DNA of 33,045 bases from contig KZ539137.1 in assembly GCA_000934665.2 (NCBI GenBank), positions 1 to 33,045 on the forward strand, written 5' to 3'. The stretch comes from Catajapyx aquilonaris (lineage: Eukaryota). A program made the position numbers and the translations under genes. The notes beneath the pieces are model-generated. The model ran no database searches, had not been told where the DNA came from, and saw nothing but the letters and a program-made list of their open reading frames with translations. Shown piece by piece: positions 10,539-19,997 of this stretch. Numbering within the stretch: position 1 is the first letter of the stretch; each line of letters opens with the position of its first letter.

Positions 10539-11913
10539 TATAGTCGCAGGTTTACATACATGCTTTCGTAGATTGAGAGAATATTGTGCACTCCTCTTGA
10601 GCTGTTGCAAGCATGAAATGTGTGAAAGGCAATGCTGTGCCAGAAAATGGCAGTATAGTTGAATTTTAGTTATGCTTTCTGTATCCATGTATTTCCTATG
10701 TGCTTCCAATACTGCCATCCCTTAAGGAAACAAGCCCTACCTGCAAATCTGGTAAGGATGAAAGTCACATGTAGTTTTAGTCTGGACCAGTTTTGCAGGA
10801 GGGCTTTTTCCCATGGGAAGGCATAATAGGACAAACCTACCATATTGTGAATTGACCTGAGTTTCTGTAACATGGCAGTAACAGCAATATGCTATGATAC
10901 TAGGTAAGGGAAGGTTAGTATGGTGGTGATGACATTGTTTGGCCGTTACAGGTACAGTCGGGAGCAGAGAGATGTGAAAGGTAGACCAGAGGAAGAGCTC
11001 TGGTCTACCATTCATATCTTCATGCTTGTGGCTGTACCTAGTTATGATGGGCTTTTTTTCTGTGACCCAAAGAAAGTTGCAAACAGTTGTAGAAAACTAT
11101 TAACAAATATTAGTGCATTTGTACCAGTGAGTATATTAGGAAGCACCTTACCTGTAACAGCATCATACACAGGGCAGTGGGAAAGGGTGTAATCTAATTT
11201 AATAATATGAGAAAATAGAGGCGTGAAATATTGTATGAACCATAATTACCATTGTACTTCATCTAAGAATGTATCAAAGTAACGTGCTGTGGCAATGCAA
11301 CTCCTTCTTACAAGCTTTGTTGTTGTAAACAGTGGTTAATCATTAGCGTGAGGCATCTACTGTCAGGTAGCAGCAGAATTCGCAGTGGAATGTACAAAAA
11401 AGATTTGGCATTTCTGTTGTGTTAGGTTCTTGCAGGACTTCCAAACTCACAGCAACCTTGATGTGGACATCCTACACAACATAGGGCAGGGTCAAAGGGA
11501 AAGGGTGTAAAGTCACCAAGTAAGATAACAATGTAGAGGCATAATATGCTTTATGAACCCTGTCTGGTGAGGAATATCTGAATAAACAACTCATTTTCGA
11601 CTGAATTTCTGCAACAATTAGAAGTTCCATCCTGTTGAGTCTTGGGCTTTTAGGCATAGTAAGAAGGTGGATATATGTTTCAGCAGAACAGCCAGTTTTT
11701 TTTGCTAATGTTAGCAGAAACATGAGTTACGCACATGGGAAAGTATTTCTGAAGAGGAAGAAAAACCACTTGCAATCGAGGGGGAGGAAACACATTCATA
11801 TTAATGAGGCTTAACATGGCAATATGATTAATTTGTCTTGTACCTCATTGTGTGATATGAATTATTTGTTGACCAATTTGAGCGTTGATATAAATGCCCC
11901 TTTCAGGTTAAAC

Positions 11914-12136
11914 ATGGTGAACCATCGCATCTTGCCTGTCTACAGCAAGGTCTTCACGACCCCCCGACGTCCTTATGAAAAGGTTCGTCTTGACCAGGAG
12001 TTAAAGACCATCGGAGAGTTTGGTCTAAGGAACAAGAGGGAAGTCTGGAGGGTCAAGTACACCTTAGCCAAGATCAGGAAGGCGGCCCGAGAGCTGCTTA
12101 CCCTTGACGAGAAGCACCCAAGGCGACTCTTTGAAG
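11914..12136 (+). CDS. RpS9: 40S ribosomal protein S9 (uS4), coding exon 1
   Basis: [31 protein letters not shown]...[11 protein letters not shown]...RLFEG; acceptor TTTCAG at 11906; phase-1 donor G|GTAAGA. Confidence 0.97.
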
Positions 12137-12813
12137 GTAAGATATAGTGTTGGTTTGGAACTGGAGGGATGAATTCAATTACCAGAGTTCTGCTTTGCAA
12201 TTAGCTTTTAGGAGAGCTTGTAATTATTTGTGTCTTCAGTTATATCATCAGGTTTTCATTTCTCTGTAGCAACTGGTCACTAATATTTGCATTAATACTG
12301 GCTGAATTTCTGAGTGTGGTGTGTTTGAAGTTTTTAAAAGCCTCTGAATTCTGCCCTCAATGTGACATGGGGGAAGAACCTGTGTCAGTTCATTCTAGTA
12401 AAATTAGTTTTTAAGTGCCACTTCATATGTCTTTAACTTGCTATATAATTGTCACTTTATATAGCCAGTTGGTCTTCGTTATTTTGGCTTATTCCCAGAC
12501 AAGAAATTTGTTATATCCAAGAACTCGTGGCTGGTTGTATGAATGCAAACTTCCCAAATTCCAAAATTTTATGGGTGTAAAATTGTATGAACTCACTGCT
12601 GTACAAGTATGAGGGGACATTGTCAAATCTAAAGAAATCCCATTTAAATTCATGGCAGGAATTCATGAGGCATTTTCAGAGACAGACCATATTGGTTGTG
12701 AATTTGGTAAACTACTTGTTTTGTCCCCCATGTAAAAGGCATGTGATGAGATCTTTATTTTAGTAGTGGGAAAACATAGCTAGGAAATCAGGGTAATATC
12801 GGCATTTTCCTGT

Positions 12814-12893
12814 GTCCCATGATGAGAACTGAGCTTAATATCCGATACCTCTCAACTGAACAATGGTGTTGAGAAGCCCAGATGCCTGAGGAC
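12814..12893 (+). ncRNA. Box C/D snoRNA candidate, copy 2
   Basis: GTCC/GGAC stem; C box ATGATGA 12819-12825; D box CTGA 12886-12889; differs from copy 1 only at the purine starting C and C'. Confidence 0.8.
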
Positions 12894-12914
12894 TTTATGC
12901 AGTGTCATTGGTAC

Positions 12915-13030
12915 TATCAGTCCAACAAGAATTGTCGCAGCGGCAGCGCACGAACTACAATCTACGAGCACAGGGACACGAGAGACTGTAGTTCGTGCGC
13001 TGCCGCTGCGACAATTCTTGCTGGACAGCA
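12915..13030. mobile_element. Small palindromic MITE
   Basis: ~40-bp arms (GTCCAACAAGAATTGTCGCAGCGGCAGCGCACGAACTACA and its complement); GGTAC on both sides; empty site GGTACAGATAC at ~9938. Confidence 0.85.
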
Positions 13031-13141
13031 GGTACAGATACTTGGTTATATGTAGTCTCAGATTTACATATACGCTTTAGTAGATGTGAGAATGTTGCGC
13101 ACTTTAACTAAAATCATGTCAGAAATTTAAGCTTTCTTCTA

Positions 13142-13929
13142 CGAGGTGCAGTCAAAAATTACTTGCGCGTATTTTTTTTTAGCCATTGCGCATGACATTT
13201 ACATATTTGCACTTCAAGGAACATGAAATCCAGCCCATGTGGGATTTTTTGATAAAGGTTTCAAATTTCGCACTGACCGGACGCCTGTTTCGCAGCCCTG
13301 CAAACAGAGGGCCTTACCGACACTAGCAAAATGGCGGACTTCAGCAAAGCCGATCAGCATGTTGTGGTGCGATTTCTTTTTCATTTTGGACTTTGGACAT
13401 CTTCAGATGATCGTGCATAATGGTATGAACAGAACCATGCGAAATGTTAATGACATTGGCTATAGCGTCCACAGTGCGCCACAGTGATCCGCCTGTCGCC
13501 CATGACAAGTTCCTCCACACGGCTGACAGTGGCGGTCAACGGGCGGCCAGCCCCTGAGGAATGCGTCACACTTGTACGCCCTTCCTTGAACTCCTTCACC
13601 CACCACTGGATCGTCCATAAGGGCATGACGGAGTTCCCACATATGGCCTGCATGTCTTTAAGGATCACAGGAGCACTTTTCTCTTGCAGAAAAAGAAATC
13701 GCACCACAACACGCTGATTGGCTTTGCTGAAGTCAGCCATTTTGCTAGTGTCGGTAAGGCCCTCTGTTTGCAGGGCTGCGAAACAGGCGTCCTGTCAGCG
13801 CGAAATTTGAAACCTTTATCAAAAAATCCCACATGGGCTGGATTTCATGTTCCTTGAAGTGCAAATATGTAAATGTCATGCGCAATGGCTAAAAAAAAAT
13901 ACGCGCAAGTAATTTTTGACTGCACCTCG
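13142..13929 (-). mobile_element. mariner-derived element with 240-bp inverted arms and truncated transposase
   Basis: TA TSD; arms 13142-13381 and 13690-13929. The minus strand from 13740 encodes a mariner N-terminal HTH (QRVVVRFLF...WWVKEFKEGRTSV...GRP), then after a frameshift TVDAIANVINISHGSVHTIMHDHLKMSKV. Confidence 0.92.
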
Positions 13930-13957
13930 TAAAATTCACCAATAATTCTCTCCACAG

Positions 13958-14144
13958 GAAATGCATTGCTGCGTCGCTTGGTTCGTGTGGGTGTTCTGGA
14001 TGAAAACCACATGAAGCTTGATTATGTCTTGGGCCTGAAGATCGAGGACTTTCTGGAGAGACGACTCCAGACCCAGGTGTTCAAACTTGGGCTGGCTAAG
14101 TCCATCCATCATGCTCGAGTGCTAATCCGCCAGCGGCACATCCG
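13958..14144 (+). CDS. RpS9: 40S ribosomal protein S9, coding exon 2
   Basis: (G)[59 protein letters not shown]; acceptor CCACAG at 13957; phase-2 donor CG|GTAATT. Confidence 0.97.
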
Positions 14145-14180
14145 GTAATTAAAGATACCATTTGTATTTTCAAAGTGGTT

Positions 14181-14318
14181 GCCTTGGAATTGGGCAGGAG
14201 GCATCCAACAACATGGATTGCCCTCTAATTCCTCCGAGGCTAGATGAAATTCGCCCTTGGTTAATCCCAGTCGATTTTGCTTACCTATGCTAGACTGGTT
14301 CATGACTCGGGTACATTA
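14181..14318 (+). ncRNA. Box H/ACA snoRNA, dual guide (18S site equivalent to human Psi1643; 28S site equivalent to human Psi3818)
   Basis: Hairpin - H box AGATGA (14242-14247) - hairpin - ACA (14313-14315) + 3 nt. Pocket 1 ATTGG/ATTCCTC matches 18S GAGGAAU-UC-CCAGU. Pocket 2 GTTAATC/TTCATG matches 28S CAUGAA-UG-GAUUAAC. Each 3' pocket strand starts 14 nt before its box. Confidence 0.88.
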
Positions 14319-15122
14319 TAAATTAGGCTTGGAAAGTGGACATCGCCTAGCACTAGGCCCGTGTTAACTTGTCACTTGTAACTGAAAACTAATGGATGAC
14401 ATAATGAACATACAATTTGTCTTGATGTCATGTACATTATTGCTGGCACAGAACGCTTTGCAGTTCTTATGCACCTTGTGCATGAGTAGGTTGCTCATGG
14501 TAATTTAAGTTTGCTAGTAGTTTGGTGATGCGGAACTCCCTTATCACAGCAGGAACCCATTTAAAACCTGCCAGTGGTTTCTTGTAGCAATTAGTTAGCT
14601 TTGATTACTCTTGGAGTCGAGGTGATCTTAGTTTCAAGTTGGTAGTGTCAGCAGACACAATAATTGAGTGGTAATAATTTTTATTTTTTTGCATGGAGAT
14701 GGAGGAATTAGTGGGCGTCAAAGGAGGATAGATCAAATGTTTTTATATGATGTAACTTGTTAACCATGCAAACTTTAACACTTCATTGGCAAGATCACTT
14801 CCAGAAATAGGAAACCAGTGTTTTGGCAGTGTGACTGCTGAAAATGATCATTTTTTTACCATTACGATTAAGTGCAATGTCGACCTGTGACTGCTCCAAT
14901 TAGCCCCAATGTTGCATTAATTATTTGAACAGTTGAGATTTTGAGATGAGTGCTTTTGAAGATGTTTCCCTCTGCAGCTGCAAGTGTCACATTAGCACTG
15001 ACTTGGCAGAATTGCAAATCTCCTTCTCATGCATTTCATTTCATTTTTTTCTTGGCTGGACCATATGGAAGTGCCAAGAACACGATGCAAACATTATGCT
15101 TGCATGAAGCAGGTTGAGACTA

Positions 15123-15670
15123 CAGTAAAACTTCTATAAGTCAAATCTCTATGGGACTGGAAAAAAAACTTCGAGTTCAAGAAGTTTGGATTTTTTAAAG
15201 CACAAACTCTAACAAGGAAGCCTACCTTTATATCCAGCGACGAAAGGTGTTCAAAACTTAAAAATAGCTGTCACTATCATTACAATGTTCCTCATTGTTT
15301 TGTTGTAAAAAAGAACTCCTTTATGGACATTTGTCTACTCTTAGATTCGAGGATTCAATAATCACAATCGAGTCAAACACTTCTTTCAGTACATCTGGTA
15401 GAAGGAGATCAGGAAATTGAGCCTTTCTGTATATGTGGCCTACTTTGGACCCTTCGGCTGGGAAATGAGACTTTTCCGTACTCGCCAACATGAACATCGA
15501 CTTAGGGAGACTGAAAATGCATTGATATCCCATGGTACGGCCCTGCCTGCACTTCGAGTTATAGAAATTCGAGTTAGGGAAGTTTATTTCCTATTATTTT
15601 ACATTGTGACCAACCAAACTCATCATTTTCTTCAACTTATAGAGAACTTCTACTTACAGAAGTTTTACTG
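15123..15670. mobile_element. pogo/Tigger-like MITE (same family as 6139-6726)
   Basis: TA TSD; CAGTAAAACTTCT TIRs; colinear high similarity to 6139-6726. Confidence 0.9.
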
Positions 15671-16038
15671 TATATTCTAGACCTCGGGCCTCTGCAACTA
15701 GAAGGGTTGCAACTACTAGAATTTTTCTGCATCATTCACGTGATCCAACAAGAAATGATTGAATTGTTATGCCATGACATGTATTGCCCGCCATGCAACT
15801 TTGATTCTTAGGCCCAGTTGTATTATTGCAATGCAGAGAATCTCATTGGGTAGGCGTTCACAATCAGATTTCATTTTTAATTTGTGTTGTGAGAGGTTGT
15901 GACCTTTGCCAATTACCCTTTCTGTTGCATGGTAAGAGCTTGAATTGTTTTCATTCTTGACCAATAAGGAAGGAAATTCTCTTAATGCTAATGGCTCGAG
16001 TGATTCCATTTTAAAATTTTGGATCTATCTTGTTTCAG

Positions 16039-16210
16039 TGTAAGGAAGCAGGTCGTGAACGTGCCAAGCTTCATTGTGCGCCTGGACTCCCAAAAGCATA
16101 TTGACTTCTCGCTGCAGTCACCCTTCGGTGGTGGCCGCCCCGGACGCAAGAAGAGGAAGAAGATGCGTCTGGCCACAAGTGGCGGAGCCGCCGATGAGGA
16201 CGACGAGTGA
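16039..16210 (+). CDS. RpS9: 40S ribosomal protein S9, last coding exon
   Basis: [36 protein letters not shown]...DEDDE*; acceptor TTTCAG at 16038; spliced CDS 582 nt = 193 aa; AATAAA at 16230-16235. Confidence 0.97.
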
Positions 16211-16289
16211 AAGCTATGTGGATGCACATAATAAAAATCGACATTGGATGCTGCGAAACTGGTTTTAATCATGATTGCTTGGTACATGT

Positions 16290-16922
16290 TTAAGTAACCA
16301 CCCTCTTGGGCTCAGTGAGTTTGGGCAGGTCAACAAACTCTGTGCCATTCCTGACAACAAAGAGCAAGCTGGCAAGAACCATTGTTCCCCAGAACATTAG
16401 GAATAACATAGTCGATGCAGAATATTCCTGAGGAATAAGGACAGTCATTAGCCACATACAAATAGCAAAGAAGGTGACTGCAGGTAGAACAAAGAACTTC
16501 CATGCCCTCTCCTTCTGCAGTGGGCAAGGTCGAGTTAGGCCTTCAGACTCGTTGACAACATAGTTCCCCAGGAAAAGGTCGATGGCATCTTGTCGGGAAC
16601 CATCAAGGAAGTTGTTTTTGACGTAACGGACCAATGCATTCTTCCCATCCTGCAGCAGTCCCAGATTTGTTCTCCTCCCAGTGCGAGTGAAGTCTGCTTT
16701 CAGAGCACCAGTACCTGCGTACTGGAAGCTGCATGCATCGCCATTGTCAGCCCACACATTCTTGAACAAGAACTCAAATGCTGGGTGCTCAGGTGTGTTC
16801 TCCCCCTCCTGCAGTACACCTAGTCGCTGCAGGACTGATTCCAGGCTGCGGCGAGCCAGCAAGGACTGAACTACGTTGGTACGGTCCAGGCAATCGATGC
16901 AATTGGTGCGAAATACTCCTTC
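16290..16922 (-). CDS. Sac1: Phosphatidylinositol phosphate phosphatase SAC1, coding exon 4 (last)
   Basis: EGVFRTNCIDCLDRTNVVQ (catalytic CX5RT), WADNGD, QYAGTGALK, two C-terminal TM segments; acceptor TTTCAG ending at 16923. Confidence 0.96.
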   Translation of the reverse strand, partial: EGVFRTNCIDCLDRTNVVQSLLARRSLESVLQRLGVLQEGENTPEHPAFEFLFKNVWADNGDACSFQYAGTGALKADFTRTGRRTNLGLLQDGKNALVRYVKNNFLDGSRQDAIDLFLGNYVVNESEGLTRPCPLQKERAWKFFVLPAVTFFAICMWLMTVLIPQEYSASTMLFLMFWGTMVLASLLFVVRNGTEFVDLPKLTEPKRVVT

Positions 16923-18541
16923 CTGAAATCAAATGCATGAATATGACTACTTGTTATTCCTAATAAAATATGAACCACTGCTGTTGAAGGTTCTTGTCAC
17001 ATGTGTGTCACACAGAAAGCATGCAACCTGAGAGCATATCTAAACTGCTCCACCAATCCCTCTCCTCATCAGATTTTTCAAGGTAGCATGGTTGGAGTCT
17101 AGGCTATGGAATCATGGCTTAGCTTGCAATGGCAGCAAAAGCTGCCACAAGCTGGGATGCACACGTGACAGTGCCTTGACATTTGTGACTGCATAATATG
17201 AGGCAGTTCATTTGCACAGAAGCAATTACAGTTATGTTATACCTTTGCCTGCCTGCTTTCAGATGTCAGATACTGGATGAATTTACCTAACATCGGCAGA
17301 GAATTTCTAGTTTTCCAAATGTAGTTTAGTACTGGATTATAATTTTCAATTTTGCAATTTTCTTTACTGAGATGTCCAAATGAACATACACATTATTTCC
17401 TGTTTTGCAAGGTTTTCTCTGGAGACATTTGTGCACTTTTCTCACCATTTATTATTCAGTGTCCCTATCAGAAGGCGGCTTCTTGTGCATAAAGCCACCA
17501 CCACACCCCCTTTCAATGAGTTCTTTTTCTTTTTTACAACCAGAGCATTTCAAAATCAAACTGCAACCCCATTGTCACTCATTATTTCACGTTATTTCAT
17601 TGGTCTCAAGTCTCAACCAAAATCTTAAAAAATGATGTGGTTTCTTCTGTTCACTCCCCTAATGCTGTTTCATGTACACAATAATTATAATCTGTATATT
17701 TTCCTACAATTTTCCTTCTGCAAGATGGCAAGTTAACACATACATTCTTGTTCTGCAAATCTACATTTTCCCTGGAAACAGGCATTCCCTTGAAAAGGAT
17801 TCCATTCACCCTAAGCTGTTGGTGCAATGGTCATGGTCATCCATAGATTATAGGCATTGCTTTTTGGTGAGCATAATCTTAATGAATGGCAAAGAAGGTC
17901 AGTATCACCCTAAGCTAATGCTAATTTTCTAATTGGGCCAAGTGCCCAAGTGGGCTGTGGTCAAAAAACATTGTGTGTGCATGGAGAACACACCTATATT
18001 TCTCAAGACAGAAATATTTCCTGCCTGCAAGCTGCATCTCCAACTCCGTAGTATGAAAACTTATGGGAATTTTTATTCAGTTTTGTGTCTCAAAACACTA
18101 TTCTTCTGAGTACCATGCCCCATTAAAAAAAGGCCTTGTTCATGCCAGGTACCTAATTTGTCGGTGCAAGTGCCAGATGATTATATCTGCTGGGACTGCT
18201 ACTAGTGAGAATTCTAATTCCTTCATATTATCACCACTGCCATAAAGAAAAGTTCCTCTGCAGTTACATCTAGCAGCCAAAATCAAACAAGTGCCTAAAA
18301 CACTGCAATCAATACCCTAAGATTGTGTGAAAATGTCAATTTCAGGAACCAGAAAAGTCACAATCAAAACAGCTGCTGTTTGGAGTGATAATGCTGGGGA
18401 AAAAAAGGGCTGCTTAGGAGGTTTAGATTATTCTTGCCTGTATCTTAAAATAACATATGTAGTATTGCTACAGGGTTCAGACAGACCTTCAAAAATGTAG
18501 GATTCACTTTCCCTTCTTCCATATCATCCCATAGTTCTTAC

Positions 18542-18778
18542 CTGCTGGTTACGTACAACACCATCGCGTGTGAGGAGGAAATATCCGTGATCTTCCATGT
18601 CAGGACTAACACGTTGTATCAGATTTTCCAGGCGGTCCCATTTCATATTCCGGCACTCTGAATGGAAGTCAAATCCCTCGTAGCGGATGTCAGGCAGGCC
18701 AATTGCAGCCACCAGTGTTGACAATGCATGCTCTAAGTCGCCCTCTGCACCAGTGTGGTTCACCAAGTTAATTATCAC
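18542..18778 (-). CDS. Sac1: SAC1, coding exon 3
   Basis: VIINLVNHTGAEG...FDFHSECRNMKWDRL; phase 0/0 with canonical AG/GT. Confidence 0.95.
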
Positions 18779-19333
18779 CTGAAATTGCATGGTTATTAGC
18801 ATGGTGGTGTTGGTGTTTGTGACTTTTAATGTTCTCCTCTCATTTTGTTCACTTGGTGCAAAAACAGCTTGGGCATTGTTTGAAATGGCTTCCTTCTCAC
18901 CAGGAAGAACAAACTGAATGGATTAGATGGGAACATTACAGAATTATTTCCCCTGGTGTGTCACTAAACACATCTGTGCACATTAATAATACAAAAAAAC
19001 TACACATACTATGAAAGCAAAATTTACACAAGCCCACCTCATAAATAAGCAAATCGCACAACTCCAGATAATAAATAGATATCACCTTTTTCTTGCCAAT
19101 TTTTTATCCCCCTTCCTTCCTTATCAGTTGCCATCACAGAAGTTGCCCTTCTTTGATGTGACTGTCATTTTTCCACCCCTTTTTTGGTTGACATTAATGT
19201 TGAATAACAAGAAGTTCTATCTATACAACCATGAACAAACAGTAGTGCAGACTGGGTCAAATTTACTTTTAGTTCTCCTCTAGTCTATGGATAACAAGAA
19301 AGGATGGCAACACCAAAGATAAGACTAGTTTAA

Positions 19334-19921
19334 GGGTGGGATCGAGGTCCCGGTGCTTATGGAGGTTGACATGTTAAATGTCGGGCCTAATAACTCCGTA
19401 ATTACTGAACAGAATTAAGGCCCATACACAGAGGCCGTCGACGGTTTTGGTTTTTGGTTGTGTTGACGCCGCGGATCAATCATGACCCATGTAAACAAGC
19501 TGTAAACAATGGGCTGCGCTTGTTTACATGAGTCATGATTGATCCGCGGCGTCAACTCGACCAAAAACCAAAACCGTCGACAGCCTGCGTGTATGGGCCT
19601 TGACATGAAATTTTTGACACAACACGACACAACAACCCTTGTCCCGGCTATGTTGAGCGAAACCTGTTTTAGGGATTCAGTTGGTCCTTATTCTTCACAG
19701 GACATTATTTCCTCATATGGCTTCAAATTCCTCTCAGTTTCGTGGTTTTCATAATTAACTGAATCCCTCAAACAGGTTTCGCTCAACATAGCCGTGACAA
19801 GGGCTGTTGTGTCGTGATGTGTCAAAAATTTCATGTTATTCTCAGTTCAGTAATTATGGCGTTATTAGGCCTGACATTTAACATGTCAACCTCCATAAGC
19901 GCCGGGACCTTTATCTCACCC
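19334..19921. mobile_element. Palindromic TTAA-flanked MITE (Kolobok-like termini)
   Basis: TTAA|GGGTG...CACCC|TTAA; long inverted arms, with the left arm interrupted by a nested MITE. Confidence 0.8.
19418..19600. mobile_element. PIF/Harbinger-type palindromic MITE (nested)
   Basis: AGGCCCATACAC / GTGTATGGGCCT ends; 3-bp TNA flanks; the opposite host arm shows the empty site (AGAATAACATG). Confidence 0.85.
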
Positions 19922-19997
19922 TTAATCACCAAAAGGAGGCATTATCACAGACCCTTTTCTATCCTGCCAAAGTGATATCATTTGTGAAAAACCATAA

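Noticed and set aside
12295..12463. Branched fold with AAATTA and ATA boxes in RpS9 intron 2, and similar weak H/ACA-like folds at ~9220-9335 and ~14333-14440
   Set aside because: Weak stems and no assignable pseudouridylation pocket; indistinguishable from chance by eye.
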